Shown: positions 10,970 through 21,735 of the stretch, piece after piece
How the letters are laid out: each line of letters opens with the position of its first letter
Position numbering within the stretch: position 1 is the stretch's first letter
NCBI GenBank assembly: GCA_964630695.1
Contig: CAZVYZ010000005.1
Span: 2,487 to 66,486, forward strand
DNA length: 64,000 nt
Direction: 5' to 3'
Source of the DNA: an uncultured Ruminococcus sp.
GTDB lineage: Bacteria; Bacillota; Clostridia; Oscillospirales; CAG-272
Notes under the pieces: model-generated
What the model was told of the DNA's origin: nothing
The model's database searches: none
What the model saw: only the letters and a program-made list of their open reading frames with translations
Translations under genes and position numbers: made by a program

Positions 10970-11350
10970 ATGAAAATACAGGAATCCGGAGAAATGTACC
11001 TTGAGACCATCCTGATTCTCTCACAGAAAAGTCCGTATGTGCGGTCGATTGACGTGGGAGAATATATGGGATTCAGCAAACCGAGCGTCAGCCACGCAAT
11101 GGGACTGTTGCGCGGCGGCGGATACGTCAATATGGATGAAAACGGCTATCTGACCCTGACCGAAGCAGGCGCGGAACTGGCGGGAAAAATTTACGAACGG
11201 CATCGGGTGCTGACACGCATTCTGACCCTGCTCGGCGTGGAGGAAAAGGTTGCCGCTGAGGATGCCTGCAAGATGGAACATGACATCAGCGACGAATCGT
11301 TTGAAGCCCTGAAACGGCATGTGGAGGAAATGGAACGCGAGAAGGCGTGA
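10970..11350 (+). CDS. DtxR/MntR-family metal-dependent transcriptional regulator
   Basis: ESGEMYLETI, VRSIDVGEYMGFSKPSVS, IYERHRVL, AEDACKMEHDIS. Confidence 0.92.
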   Translation: MKIQESGEMYLETILILSQKSPYVRSIDVGEYMGFSKPSVSHAMGLLRGGGYVNMDENGYLTLTEAGAELAGKIYERHRVLTRILTLLGVEEKVAAEDACKMEHDISDESFEALKRHVEEMEREKA

Positions 11351-11448
11351 CCTGTGGGCGTAGCGGCAGGAGGACACTATGCGCCCCGATTGCTTTCCTG
11401 ACCCTCCCTGCGGGCAGTGGAATATACTGCTCTCGGAGGTGATGACGG

Positions 11449-11880
11449 ATGGAAAACGGAACTGCGGTTCGTAGAATCACGGTGCGGGAGGGCTATGCCG
11501 TTCTTCTTACGGCGGAGTTATCCCTGTCGGTCCCGCAGGCGTATGCGCGGCTGACCGATTTTACCGAGCGGCGCGGCGGGATGCTGTTCCGGCGGCTGTC
11601 CCGCGAGGAGGGAGAGCGGGCAAGAGCGGAGTATCTTGCGGCGGAAAGCAATGCGGAGCGGGCGCGCAGACGGACCCGCAGATTGCGCGTCGCCGCGCGG
11701 GCGCAACCGACGGAATCTGCCCTTTGCCGCGTCCTTTTGACCGCGGAACTGGACGGGACGGTCTTGCGGACCGAGGAATGGGTCTGGAATCTGGTGGAGG
11801 AAACCCTGCTTCCGCCGAGGCAAATCAGGCGGTTGACCCGACAGACGGACAAAAAGCGCCGAACTTCGATAAAAAATTAA
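11449..11880 (+). CDS. Hypothetical Arg-rich protein
   Basis: 143-aa ORF with a GGAGG RBS between the regulator and the ATPase operon; no recognisable motif. Confidence 0.55.
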   Translation: MENGTAVRRITVREGYAVLLTAELSLSVPQAYARLTDFTERRGGMLFRRLSREEGERARAEYLAAESNAERARRRTRRLRVAARAQPTESALCRVLLTAELDGTVLRTEEWVWNLVEETLLPPRQIRRLTRQTDKKRRTSIKN

Positions 11881-11911
11881 CAAATTTCATGGACAGAGTG
11901 CCGCAAACCCC

Positions 11912-11940
11912 TTGAAAAGCGAGGGAAAATGTGGTATAAT
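11912..11940 (+). promoter_or_regulatory. Sigma-A promoter of the V-ATPase operon
   Basis: TTGAAA-N17-TATAAT with a TGTG element just upstream of the -10 box. Confidence 0.7.
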
Positions 11941-12036
11941 AACAGGGATGTCATCAGGAGATGGGAAAAACGCATTTTCTGATATGCGGAAATTCTCCGC
12001 ATCGAATGACAAACCGACTGATAGAGAGGGGAGTTT

Positions 12037-12357
12037 ATGTCAAAGGATACGTTGGAAAAAATCAGGAAAGCCGAACGGGATGCCGCACGGCTCGTTGCCG
12101 ACGCCGAAGAACAGGCAAAGGCGATGAAAGCGGATGCGGTCCGAGCGGGCGAGGAGCGCTGTCAGGCAACCGAGAAAACCGTTTCGGGCGAACTTGCGGG
12201 AATGCTGGAGCAGATTCGCGAGAAGATCGCCGAGATGACCGAACGGGTCATGGAGGAAACCAAAGCCGAAGCGGAGGAAGTTGCGACGAGGGCAAGACTG
12301 AACCGTAAAAGTGCGGAAAAAATTGTAATCGGAGGGTTGGACGCGAAATGTCGGTAA
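12037..12357 (+). CDS. ntpF: V/A-type ATPase peripheral stalk subunit G/H (NtpF-like)
   Basis: LEKIRKAERDA...A coiled coil; first gene of the operon. Confidence 0.75.
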   Translation: MSKDTLEKIRKAERDAARLVADAEEQAKAMKADAVRAGEERCQATEKTVSGELAGMLEQIREKIAEMTERVMEETKAEAEEVATRARLNRKSAEKIVIGGLDAKCR

Positions 12358-14390
12358 GCAATATGAAAAAGCTGACCGCTTTCGTTTTCCGAGATGACGC
12401 CGACCGATTGGTGCGAAGCCTGATGCGGTTGCGGTGCGTGCAGGTGCAGAGCCTTGACGCCGAACGAAGTGCGCAGAAACTTTCACGGGTGGATTGCGAC
12501 GCGGAGTTGACCGACGCACGCCGACGTGTGGCGGAAGTGGATGCGGTTCTGCCGGTCCTGTCCCGCTACAGCACACGCAAAATGCGCTTCCGCAGACGGG
12601 TCCATGCGGTGGACCAACAGGCGTTTGCGGAGAGCGGAGACGCAGCGCGCGCATGGGAAACCGTGAAAGCGGCGGAACGGTTGCAGGAGGAAATCCGGGC
12701 GGGGGAGAGCGAACATACCAAGTTGGCGGCTCTGTTTGAATCACTTCAACCGTGGCTGGATTATGACGCACCGCTGTCGGATACCGAAACGGCGAAAACG
12801 AAAACGTGGCTCGGTTCAATCCCGCTGACCGTTTCCGACGAACGCGTTACGGCGGCTCTGACAGAGGTCGGATGCGCAACGGAAGCGGTTTTTGAGGACG
12901 AAAAGTACGGTTATTGGGCGGTTACGTTCCTGAAAGAAAAGGAAACCGAAACCGGTGCGGCACTTGCGACCTGCGGCTTTGTGCGGCAGGAGTTTACAGG
13001 GGTCACGGGAACCGCCCTGACCGCTTCCCGTGATGCCGAGGCAAGGTTGGCGGAACTGGAAGAGGATGCGGTCAGAAAAGAAGAAAGCCTCTGCGACTGC
13101 GCGGAAGCGCTGGATGAAATCGAGATTCTTCACGATGTGGAAGCGACGGGACTGCGGGTCGCGGAACTGAAGCAGAAACTGGCGGCAACCGAATCCTGCG
13201 CGGTGCTTGAGGGATGGTTCCCCGAGCGCATGGAGGATGCGGTGACGGCGGTTCTCGGAAAATTCGAGTGTGCCTATGAAACGGACGAGCCGGAAGCGGG
13301 CGAAAACCCGCCGGTCCTGCTCCGCAACAACAAATTTGCGCAAAATTTCGAGTGGGTCATCGGCATGTATTCCTACCCGAAGTACGGCAAGTTCGACCCG
13401 ACTTTCATCATGTCAATCTTCTATTTCGTGATTTTCGGTATGATGTTCGCGGACGTGGGCTACGGACTGCTCCTGACGCTCGGCTGTATCGCAGGCATCA
13501 AACTGCTGAACCCGAAACCCGCCATGCGGCGGATGCTTTCCATGTTTGCGTGGTGCGGAATTTCCTGTACCATCCTCGGCGTGGTGTTCGGCGGTTGGTT
13601 CGGGGATTTGCCGGTTGCCATCATGAAGAACTTTATGGGCATTGAGAATCCCGAAAGCACGAAAATCGGTCACTTTTTCGCAAACGGTCTTCTGTTCAAT
13701 CCCGTGTCGTCGGCGGTATCCTTCCTGATTCTGTCGCTGGCGGTGGGAGAGGTCCATCTGGTCGCGGGTATGGCGGTCAATATGGTACAGACGTGGAAGA
13801 GCGGTCACCGCGCGGAGGCAATCTGCGGGACCGTTCCGTTCTGGGTGCTGTTCGCGGGGATTGATCTTGCGGCACCGAATATGTTCATCGGCATGAAGAT
13901 GATGGGAGAGGGCATGAGCGACGCGACCAAGGCGATGTTTGCCTCTCTTGCGGGAGTTGCAACCTATCTCATGATCGGCGGCGTGGTCGGTATCCTGCTC
14001 CTCAAAGGCGTGGGGCAGAAATCGTTTGGCGGGTGGCTTGTCAAAGGATTGGGCGGTCTTTATTCGCTCATCAGCTTTGCATCCGACCTCATGTCCTATT
14101 CCCGAATTCTGGCGCTCGGTCTGGTCGCGGGTGTCATCGGGCAGGTTATCAATATGATTACGGCGCTCGGGTCGTCGGGTGTCGGCGGCTTTGTCCTCAT
14201 GCTTCTGGTCCTGATTGTGGGGCATCTGTTCAACATTGCCATTAACCTGCTCGGAACTTTCGTCCACGCGGCACGACTCCAGTATATCGAATTCTTCGGC
14301 AAATTCTATGAGGACGGCGGCGATATCTTTGAGCCTGCCGAACCCTCGTCGGATTACACCGAGGACCCCGCAGAACCTGCGGAAACCTGA
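12348..14390 (+). CDS. ntpI: V/A-type ATPase subunit I (a)
   Basis: MKK N-terminus, PPVLLRN, FDPT..M.IFY..FGMMFADVGYG, SYSRILAL, HAARLQYIEFFGKFY. Confidence 0.95.
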   Translation: MSVSNMKKLTAFVFRDDADRLVRSLMRLRCVQVQSLDAERSAQKLSRVDCDAELTDARRRVAEVDAVLPVLSRYSTRKMRFRRRVHAVDQQAFAESGDAARAWETVKAAERLQEEIRAGESEHTKLAALFESLQPWLDYDAPLSDTETAKTKTWLGSIPLTVSDERVTAALTEVGCATEAVFEDEKYGYWAVTFLKEKETETGAALATCGFVRQEFTGVTGTALTASRDAEARLAELEEDAVRKEESLCDCAEALDEIEILHDVEATGLRVAELKQKLAATESCAVLEGWFPERMEDAVTAVLGKFECAYETDEPEAGENPPVLLRNNKFAQNFEWVIGMYSYPKYGKFDPTFIMSIFYFVIFGMMFADVGYGLLLTLGCIAGIKLLNPKPAMRRMLSMFAWCGISCTILGVVFGGWFGDLPVAIMKNFMGIENPESTKIGHFFANGLLFNPVSSAVSFLILSLAVGEVHLVAGMAVNMVQTWKSGHRAEAICGTVPFWVLFAGIDLAAPNMFIGMKMMGEGMSDATKAMFASLAGVATYLMIGGVVGILLLKGVGQKSFGGWLVKGLGGLYSLISFASDLMSYSRILALGLVAGVIGQVINMITALGSSGVGGFVLMLLVLIVGHLFNIAINLLGTFVHAARLQYIEFFGKFYEDGGDIFEPAEPSSDYTEDPAEPAET

Positions 14391-14445
14391 ATCGTTGTCC
14401 CAAAATTCAAAATAAAACAAAAAACAAAATAAGGAGACAAAAACC

Positions 14446-14928
14446 ATGTTCAAACTCATCGAAGAAATGTTCACAGGAACCAACCTTGCCATTCTCGGCG
14501 CCGTCCTTGCCACCGTTCTGCCCGGTATCGGCTCGGCACGAGGGGTCAACCTCGTTGCAAGAGCGACTGCAGGACTCATCAGCGAAGAACCCAACAAGTA
14601 CGGTAAATCCATGCTGCTCCAGGCGCTGCCGATGACGCAGGGCATTTACGGAATGGTCACCTCGTTCATGATTCTGGTTCAGTCCGGCATCATGGGGAAC
14701 AAGACGATTGAACTGACGGTCGGTCGCGGCGCATACTTCCTCGTTGCGGCTCTGCCGATTGCGTTCGGCGGTCTGTATTCCGCAATCCGTCAGGGTGAGG
14801 TTGCCGCGTCCGGTATCTCGGTGCTTGCAAAGAAGCCGGATGCCGTCGGTAAAGCGGTCATTTCCGCGTCGTTCGTCGAACTTTACGCGATTCTTGCCCT
14901 GCTGATTTCCCTGTTGATGATTCTGTAA
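14446..14928 (+). CDS. ntpK: V/A-type ATPase rotor subunit K (c), 4-TM
   Basis: GIGSARG, LPMTQGIYG, AIRQG, FVELYAIL. Confidence 0.95.
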   Translation: MFKLIEEMFTGTNLAILGAVLATVLPGIGSARGVNLVARATAGLISEEPNKYGKSMLLQALPMTQGIYGMVTSFMILVQSGIMGNKTIELTVGRGAYFLVAALPIAFGGLYSAIRQGEVAASGISVLAKKPDAVGKAVISASFVELYAILALLISLLMIL

Positions 14929-14973
14929 GCCGCAAGGCACGGTCAATCACCAAACAGAAAAGGAGACGGAACA

Positions 14974-15666
14974 GTGGCAACGAACGGAATCAATCGGATT
15001 ACCGATAAAATTCTTGCCGACGCGCAGGCGCGGGCAAACGGAATTCTTGCCGACGCACAGGCGGAATGCGACCGAATCAACGCCGATTACGACGCCCGCG
15101 TGCAGGAAATCCGAGACAAACTCTCGGAGGACGCGCAGGCAAAAGGCGCCGATATGATTGCACGGGCGAAAGCGGCGGCGGCAATGAAAAAACGGAACAT
15201 CCTGCAGGCGCAGGAAAGCCAACTCATCGACGGCGTTTTTGACGGCGCCAAGGAATGGGTATTGGGGCTTCCGAAAGAAAAGTATACCGACCTGCTTGCG
15301 GGATTGTTGTCGGCGGCGCTCATCGAGCAGGCGGACACCGAGGCGCAGAATCTGGCGACCTACGGGGAAGAGAGCGAGCCGATTGAGCAGTTTGAGGTCC
15401 TGATGAACAAACGGGACCGTGAAAGTTGCGGAAAAGACGTGTTGGAAAACGTGAAAAAGCGCTATGCCAACAGTTCGCGTCTGCCCGCGGGACGGATTGA
15501 AAAACTGGTCCTGTCAAAAAACACGCTCAACATTGACGGCGGTGTGGTTCTGCGCTACGGCGATGTGGAATCCAACTGCTCGCTCGAAATGCTGTTCGGG
15601 CAGTTGCATCGCGAGTTGGAGGCAGAGGTCGCACAGGCGCTGTTTGACGTCAGGACAACGATTTGA
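14974..15666 (+). CDS. ntpE: V/A-type ATPase subunit E
   Basis: GINRITDKILADA; IDGGVVLRYGDVESNCSLE. Confidence 0.9.
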   Translation: MATNGINRITDKILADAQARANGILADAQAECDRINADYDARVQEIRDKLSEDAQAKGADMIARAKAAAAMKKRNILQAQESQLIDGVFDGAKEWVLGLPKEKYTDLLAGLLSAALIEQADTEAQNLATYGEESEPIEQFEVLMNKRDRESCGKDVLENVKKRYANSSRLPAGRIEKLVLSKNTLNIDGGVVLRYGDVESNCSLEMLFGQLHRELEAEVAQALFDVRTTI

Positions 15667-15677
15667 GGAGGTCGGCA

Positions 15678-16676
15678 ATGGATAACAACTATCTGTATGC
15701 CGGTGCTCGAATCCGAACGCTGGAAAACGCGCTGGTGGGGCAGGAGCGACTGGAACGGTTGCTTGCTTGCGACAGCGTCGACGCCTGCGTGGCGTTTCTG
15801 GACGAATGGAATTTCGGAATTATCCGCAATCCGGAAACGGGGGCTTTTGACCGCGAAGCAACGCTGACGGCGCGGCTTTCGGAGGGCTACCGTGAGGTGC
15901 TGTCCTCGGCGGACGGTGCCGCATTTGCGAAGATATGGCTTTTGCCGTATGACTGCAACAACATCAAATCGGCAATCAAATGCCTGCGGCGCGGACTGGA
16001 CTGCGACCGGATGCTGATTCGCCTCTTTGGCGGAATTCCGACAGACACGGTACGCAAAGCGGTGGAAAAGCGGGAATTCGGGCTGTTGCCCGAACCGTTT
16101 GCGTCCGCCGCGCGCGATGCCTGCGGACAGTTGGAGCGGACGGGTGACCCGCGCGTGGTGGACAGCATTCTCGACCGCGCCTGCTATGCGGGGATGCTTG
16201 CGCTTGCGAAAGAGAGCGGCATTGCGTTGGCGGAAAAATTGGTTGTGCGGCGCATTGACCTGACCAACGTCATGATTGCACTCAGAGGGTGCAGAATGGG
16301 CGGCGAGGTCGGGCGGCGGACGCTCGGGGAGTTCTTCCTCTCGGGCGGCAGTATCAACGAGGCGGATTTGGCGGCGTGGAGCGCGGCAGGAGAGGAGACA
16401 CTTCTTTTCCGACTCTACCATACCGACTGTGCGCAGTTTGCGAAACAGGCGGCGGAAACCGACCGTACCATGGCGGCGCTTGAGCGCGTTGCGGACGATG
16501 AACTGATGGAAGTTGCGCGCGAGGCGAAGATGGTGCCGTTCGGCGCGGAAATCCTTGTCGGGTATCTCATCGGACGGGAGTATGAGGTCAAAAACCTGCG
16601 CATTCTTCTGGCAGGCAAAAGCGTAGGACTCGGAACCGATGCTCTGCGGGAAAGGATGCGGCGGAATTATGTATAA
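15678..16676 (+). CDS. ntpC: V/A-type ATPase subunit C (d)
   Basis: YLYAGARIRTLE, YDCNNIK, GYLIGREYEVKNLRILL. Confidence 0.9.
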   Translation: MDNNYLYAGARIRTLENALVGQERLERLLACDSVDACVAFLDEWNFGIIRNPETGAFDREATLTARLSEGYREVLSSADGAAFAKIWLLPYDCNNIKSAIKCLRRGLDCDRMLIRLFGGIPTDTVRKAVEKREFGLLPEPFASAARDACGQLERTGDPRVVDSILDRACYAGMLALAKESGIALAEKLVVRRIDLTNVMIALRGCRMGGEVGRRTLGEFFLSGGSINEADLAAWSAAGEETLLFRLYHTDCAQFAKQAAETDRTMAALERVADDELMEVAREAKMVPFGAEILVGYLIGREYEVKNLRILLAGKSVGLGTDALRERMRRNYV

Positions 16677-16995
16677 AATCGGAATTATCGGACGGCGGGA
16701 CGCGGTGCAGGGGTTTATGGCGCTCGGGTTCGCGGTACGGGAGGCGGAAAACGTCACCGACGCCGCGAAAGAACTGCATGCAATGGCGAAATCGCAGGAG
16801 TTCGGCGTGATTTTCATCACCGAGAATTTTGCGATGGAGTTGGAGGAAGAAATGGCAAAGTATCGCGATTTGCCGATTCCCGCAATCGTGTCAATCCCGG
16901 GGCAGGAAGGCTCAATGGGATACGGTATGAACAACCTGCGTCACGCAGTGGAACGGGCGGTCGGCGCGGACATTCTTTTCAAGGACTCCAATTAA
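16669..16995 (+). CDS. ntpG: V/A-type ATPase subunit F (NtpG in Enterococcus nomenclature)
   Basis: YKIGIIG.RD.V.GFMALG, PAIVSIP, VERAVGADI. Confidence 0.92.
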   Translation: MYKIGIIGRRDAVQGFMALGFAVREAENVTDAAKELHAMAKSQEFGVIFITENFAMELEEEMAKYRDLPIPAIVSIPGQEGSMGYGMNNLRHAVERAVGADILFKDSN

Positions 16996-17014
16996 CGGAA
17001 AGGAACTGTAACCA

Positions 17015-18790
17015 ATGGTAGAAGGAAAAATCAGAAAGGTATCGGGACCGTTGGTCATTGCCGAGGGAATGCGGGAAGCGGACCTGTTCGACGTGGTGCG
17101 TGTCGGTCCGAAGAAACTCATCGGCGAAATCATCGAAATGCACGGGGACCGCGCCTCGATTCAGGTTTATGAGGAAACGGCGGGACTCGGAAGAGGCGAC
17201 AAGGTGGTATCCACCGGCGCGCCGCTGTCCGTGGAACTCGGTCCGGGGCTTCTGACCAATATTTTTGACGGCATTCAGCGTCCGCTTGAAGCAATGCGGG
17301 AGAAAGTCGGCTCCAACCTCGTCAGAGGATTGGACGAACCTGCGCTGGACCGCGAAAAGGTCTGGCATTTTGAAGCCGCAAAGGGCTTTGGCGAAGAAGT
17401 CGGCGCGGGCGATATTCTCGGAACCGTGCAGGAAAATGACGTGATTCTGCATAAAATCATGGTCCCGCCGAAAATGAACGGAACACTGGTCGAATTGCGC
17501 ACGGGAGATTACCGCATCACCGACCGCATCGGGCGCATCAAACTTCCGAACGGCACAATGGAGGACCTGACGCTGATGCAGAAGTGGCCCGTCCGTGTGT
17601 CGAGACCCTATCAAAAGAAACTCCCGCCCGTTGACCCGATGATTACGGGTCAGCGCCCGATTGACGCGCTGTTCCCGATTGCAAAAGGCGGAACCGCGTG
17701 TGTCCCGGGACCGTTCGGTTCGGGCAAGACCGTTGTCCAGCATCAGTTGGCAAAGTGGAGCGACGTGGACCTTGTGGTCTATATCGGTTGCGGCGAACGC
17801 GGAAACGAAATGACCGACGTTCTGCGCGAATTCCCCGAATTGGTCGACCCCAAAACCGGGAAATCGCTGATGGAACGCACGGTGCTGATTGCGAACACCT
17901 CGGATATGCCGGTTGCGGCGCGCGAGGCGTCGATTTATACGGGAATCACGATTGCGGAATATTTCCGCGACATGGGGTACTCGGTTGCGGTCATTGCCGA
18001 CTCGACCTCCCGTTGGGCGGAGGCACTCCGCGAAATGTCGGGACGTCTGGAGGAGATGCCGGGTGAAGAGGGCTATCCCGCGTACCTGACTTCGCGTCTT
18101 GCGCAGTTCTACGAGCGCGCGGGCAAGGTGGTCTGTCTCGGTGACGACAACCGCGAGGGCGCGCTCTCGGCAATCGGTGCGGTGTCTCCGCAGGGCGGCG
18201 ATATTTCCGAGCCGGTCACGCAGGCGACCCTGCGTATCGTCAAGGTGTTCTGGGGGCTGGATTCGTCTCTGGCTTACCGTCGGCATTTCCCTGCAATCAA
18301 CTGGCTGAACTCCTATTCGCTTTACCGCGACCGTCTGTCCGACTGGTTCTCGGAGCATATCTCCAAGGACTGGAACAACCTGACGGGACGGTGTCTGAAG
18401 GTGTTGCAGGAGGAATCCGACCTGCAGGAGATTGTCAAACTGGTCGGTATGGACGCACTGTCGCCCGAGGACCGCATCAAGTTGGACGTGGCGCAGTCCA
18501 TCCGTGAGGATTTCCTGCAACAGAACGCGTTTCTGGACGTGGACAGTTACACCTCACTGGAAAAGCAGTATGCGATGATGCACCTGATTTTCCGCTACAA
18601 CGACGAGGCACTGCGGGCGGTCAGAGCGGGGGCGGACATCGAGGCAGTCTGCGAGATGCCCGTGCATGAGCGGATTGCAAGAGCCAAGACCGTTCCCGAA
18701 GCCGACTACAAACAGGAATTCGCGAAGATTGAGCAGGAAATCACCTCCGCGGTGAACACGCTCATCGAACAGGCGCGCGAGGAGGAGTAA
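17015..18790 (+). CDS. ntpA: V/A-type ATPase catalytic subunit A
   Basis: Walker [35 protein letters not shown]. Confidence 0.98.
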   Translation: MVEGKIRKVSGPLVIAEGMREADLFDVVRVGPKKLIGEIIEMHGDRASIQVYEETAGLGRGDKVVSTGAPLSVELGPGLLTNIFDGIQRPLEAMREKVGSNLVRGLDEPALDREKVWHFEAAKGFGEEVGAGDILGTVQENDVILHKIMVPPKMNGTLVELRTGDYRITDRIGRIKLPNGTMEDLTLMQKWPVRVSRPYQKKLPPVDPMITGQRPIDALFPIAKGGTACVPGPFGSGKTVVQHQLAKWSDVDLVVYIGCGERGNEMTDVLREFPELVDPKTGKSLMERTVLIANTSDMPVAAREASIYTGITIAEYFRDMGYSVAVIADSTSRWAEALREMSGRLEEMPGEEGYPAYLTSRLAQFYERAGKVVCLGDDNREGALSAIGAVSPQGGDISEPVTQATLRIVKVFWGLDSSLAYRRHFPAINWLNSYSLYRDRLSDWFSEHISKDWNNLTGRCLKVLQEESDLQEIVKLVGMDALSPEDRIKLDVAQSIREDFLQQNAFLDVDSYTSLEKQYAMMHLIFRYNDEALRAVRAGADIEAVCEMPVHERIARAKTVPEADYKQEFAKIEQEITSAVNTLIEQAREEE

Positions 18791-18793
18791 GTC

Positions 18794-20182
18794 ATGATTC
18801 GTGAATACAGAACCATTGAAGAGGTTGCGGGACCGCTGATGCTGGTGCGTCAGGTTGAGGGCGTGAAATACGACGAGTTGGGCGAGATTGAACTGCCCGA
18901 CGGAGAGGTCCGCCGTTGCCGCGTACTGGAAGTGGACGGAAAGAATGTTTTGGTCCAACTTTTTGAATCGGCGGCGGGTGTCAACCTTGCAAACAGTAAG
19001 GTCCGTTTTTCGGGACACAGCGTGGAACTGCCCGTGTCGAAGAATATGCTCGGTCGTATCTTCAACGGGATGGGCGAGCCGATTGACGGCGGCGCGCGTA
19101 TCATTCCCGAAAAGAGCCTTGATATTAACGGTACGCCGATTAACCCCGCGGCGCGGTACTATCCGTCCGAATTCATTCAGACGGGCGTTTCCAGTATCGA
19201 CGGACTGAACACGTTGGTCCGCGGTCAGAAACTGCCGATCTTCTCGGGGTCCGGACTTCCGCACGCAAATCTCGCCGCGCAGATTGCGCGTCAGGCAAAG
19301 GTGCGGGGGACAGACGAAAAGTTCGCAGTTGTGTTTGCCGCAATCGGTATCACCTTTGAGGAAGCCGACTTCTTCATCTCGGACTTCCGCAAGACCGGCG
19401 CGCTGGACCGCACGGTGCTGTTTATCAACCTTGCGTCCGACGCGGCAATCGAGCGTATCAATACCCCGCGTATGGCACTGACCGCCGCGGAATATCTGGC
19501 GTTCGACTGCAATATGCACGTTCTGGTCATTATGACCGATATTACCAACTATGCCGAGGCTCTGCGCGAGGTTTCCGCCGCGCGTAAGGAGGTCCCCGGG
19601 CGGCGCGGATACCCGGGCTACCTGTACACCGACCTTGCCACGCTTTATGAGCGTGCGGGGCGGAAGATGGGGTCCGAGGGGTCCATCACCATGATTCCGA
19701 TTCTGTCGATGCCGGAGGATGACAAGACCCACCCGATTCCCGACCTGACCGGTTATATCACCGAGGGACAGATTATTCTGTCGCGGGAACTCTACCGCAA
19801 GGGATGCCTGCCGCCTGTGGACGTTCTGCCGTCGCTTTCCCGTCTGAAAGACAAGGGAATCGGCGCGGGCAAGACGCGCGAGGACCATGCCGACACGATG
19901 AACCAGTTGTTCTCCGCCTATGCAAGAGGCAAGGAAGCGAGAGAGTTGATGGTGGTTCTCGGTGAGGCGGCACTTTCTCCCGTCGACCGTCTGTATGCAA
20001 AATTTGCGGACGCGTTTGAAGCGGAGTATATCAATCAGGGCTTCTATGAAAACCGCTCCATTGAGGAAACTCTGGACCTTGGTTGGAAATTGCTTTCCAT
20101 TCTGCCAAAGGGTGAGATGAAACGTATCAAGCCCGCACTGTTGGAAAAGTATTGGAAGAAGCAGGAAAAGTCCGAAAATTAA
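18794..20182 (+). CDS. ntpB: V/A-type ATPase subunit B
   Basis: [47 protein letters not shown]. Confidence 0.98.
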   Translation: MIREYRTIEEVAGPLMLVRQVEGVKYDELGEIELPDGEVRRCRVLEVDGKNVLVQLFESAAGVNLANSKVRFSGHSVELPVSKNMLGRIFNGMGEPIDGGARIIPEKSLDINGTPINPAARYYPSEFIQTGVSSIDGLNTLVRGQKLPIFSGSGLPHANLAAQIARQAKVRGTDEKFAVVFAAIGITFEEADFFISDFRKTGALDRTVLFINLASDAAIERINTPRMALTAAEYLAFDCNMHVLVIMTDITNYAEALREVSAARKEVPGRRGYPGYLYTDLATLYERAGRKMGSEGSITMIPILSMPEDDKTHPIPDLTGYITEGQIILSRELYRKGCLPPVDVLPSLSRLKDKGIGAGKTREDHADTMNQLFSAYARGKEARELMVVLGEAALSPVDRLYAKFADAFEAEYINQGFYENRSIEETLDLGWKLLSILPKGEMKRIKPALLEKYWKKQEKSEN

Positions 20183-20200
20183 AGCGGGAGGAATAGCGGA

Positions 20201-20911
20201 ATGGCAGGCGTACAGGTCAACCCGACCAGAATGGAAATGAAGCGGTACCAAGCCCGCTATCAGACTGCCCGTCGGGGACACAAACTGCTCAAGGACAAGC
20301 GCGATGAACTGATGCGCCGTTTTATGGATGTCGTCAGAGAAGATAAGGCGTTGCGGGAAAAGGTGGAACAATCGCTTGCAACGGTTTACGGCGGCTTCAC
20401 GGTTGCGGGTGCGGTCAATCCGCCGCAAATGTTGGAGGAGGCGCTGATTTGTCCCAAAAAAGAGGGGACACTTGACGTGTCTTTCCACAACTGCATGAGC
20501 GTGGACGTTCCGGTCTTTCGGTTGCAGGTTTACGCCGAGGGAAACACCGACAGTTACAATTACGGCATGGCGTTTACCACGGGTGAACTGGATGCGTCGG
20601 TGCAGGCGCTGAACGGCATTCTGGAGGACCTGCTCCGAATGGCGGAATTGGAAAAGACCGCACAACTTCTCGCAGAAGAAATTGAGCGGACCCGCCGGCG
20701 GGTCAACGCGTTGGAGTATATTCTGATGCCGCAGTATCTGGAGGTCATTCGCACCATTCGGATGCGCCTTGACGAAAACGAGCGCGGAAATACCACGCGG
20801 TTGATGAAAGTCAAGGATATGATGATTGAAGCGCAGATTGCAAGACCCGACGATGACGACGAAGAAACGGACGGCGAGGAGCAGTCGGAACCCCCGACGG
20901 ACGTATCCTGA
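20201..20911 (+). CDS. ntpD: V/A-type ATPase subunit D
   Basis: VNPTRME, GHKLLKDKRDELM, EIERTRRRVNALEY; acidic C-terminal tail. Confidence 0.96.
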   Translation: MAGVQVNPTRMEMKRYQARYQTARRGHKLLKDKRDELMRRFMDVVREDKALREKVEQSLATVYGGFTVAGAVNPPQMLEEALICPKKEGTLDVSFHNCMSVDVPVFRLQVYAEGNTDSYNYGMAFTTGELDASVQALNGILEDLLRMAELEKTAQLLAEEIERTRRRVNALEYILMPQYLEVIRTIRMRLDENERGNTTRLMKVKDMMIEAQIARPDDDDEETDGEEQSEPPTDVS

Positions 20912-20939
20912 CGGGGACAAATGACAACCGAATCAGAAC

Positions 20940-20976
20940 AAAATCCCTTTTGCGAGGACCGCAAGAGGGATTTTTG
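20940..20976 (+). terminator. Intrinsic terminator of the V-ATPase operon
   Basis: aaaatcccttttgcg-aggac-cgcaagagggattttt hairpin with T-tract. Confidence 0.7.
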
Positions 20977-21092
20977 TGTGCAAACCGTAAAAAAATATAG
21001 AAAAATTGATATTGTGGTTCCCATTTTGGCAAAAAATATGGTATAATATATAAGAAAGATACCGAAAGATACGAGGAGAGGGGGATGTGACA

Positions 21093-21608
21093 ATGTTTGC
21101 GGTCGGCGAGTGTGTCTATTATGCTTCGGAGGGGGTCTGCCGTGTCGCGGACGTTTGCCGCGCGCCCCTGTGCGGTATGCCTGCGGACAGGCTGTACTAT
21201 GTGCTTCATCCGTTCCGCAACAACGGCGGTGTGCTGTATGTGCCGATTGACAGCGAAAGCGTTTTTCTGCGCCGTCTGCTGACAACCGAGGAGGCGAACC
21301 GCTTGCTGAACGAGATTCCCGAAATGGAGGCGTTTGAAGAGCCGAACGCCAAGGCACTGCTCTTGCGGTACACCGAAGCCATGCACACCCACGCACCGTC
21401 CGAATGGGTGCGGGTCATCAAAACCGTGCGGGAACGGGTCAGCCGTTTGCGGGGGAGTTCGAGGACGCAGCGTATCTCGGAAACCGAACGGGGATTTGCC
21501 GAGGATGCCAAGCGGTATCTGTATACCGAATTGTCGCTTGCGCTGGACGTTCCCGTTACCGAAATGGAGCAATATATCCAAAGGCACATTGAAACCCGTT
21601 TTGCATAA
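21093..21608 (+). CDS. carD: CarD-family transcriptional regulator
   Basis: FAVGECVYY...GVCRV, YYVLHP, LYVPID, ERGFAEDAKRYLYTELSLAL. Confidence 0.85.
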   Translation: MFAVGECVYYASEGVCRVADVCRAPLCGMPADRLYYVLHPFRNNGGVLYVPIDSESVFLRRLLTTEEANRLLNEIPEMEAFEEPNAKALLLRYTEAMHTHAPSEWVRVIKTVRERVSRLRGSSRTQRISETERGFAEDAKRYLYTELSLALDVPVTEMEQYIQRHIETRFA

Positions 21609-21610
21609 TG

Positions 21611-21640
21611 AAAAAAGCCCGCCGGCGCGGGCTTTTTTTT
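21611..21640 (+). terminator. Intrinsic terminator after carD
   Basis: aaaaaagcccg-ccggcg-cgggctttttttt. Confidence 0.75.
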
Positions 21641-21659
21641 GTGAAATTATCCAATCAGG

Positions 21660-21688
21660 TTGACAAAATGCTTCCGATATGCTATAAT
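21660..21688 (+). promoter_or_regulatory. Sigma-A promoter of the kinase/PqqD/peptidase cassette
   Basis: Exact TTGACA-N17-TATAAT. Confidence 0.8.
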
Positions 21689-21735
21689 AAATCTATCATA
21701 AAACAGAAACCAACAGAACGGAGCGAATAACGCCT

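Noticed and set aside
11941-12036. Riboswitch (e.g. c-di-AMP) in the V-ATPase leader
   Set aside because: Only one short hairpin (atgcgga...tccgcat); no recognisable aptamer core or terminator.
20830-20911. Acidic low-complexity tail of ATPase subunit D as a separate domain or repeat
   Set aside because: Short disordered extension with no repeat unit; such tails are common in this subunit.
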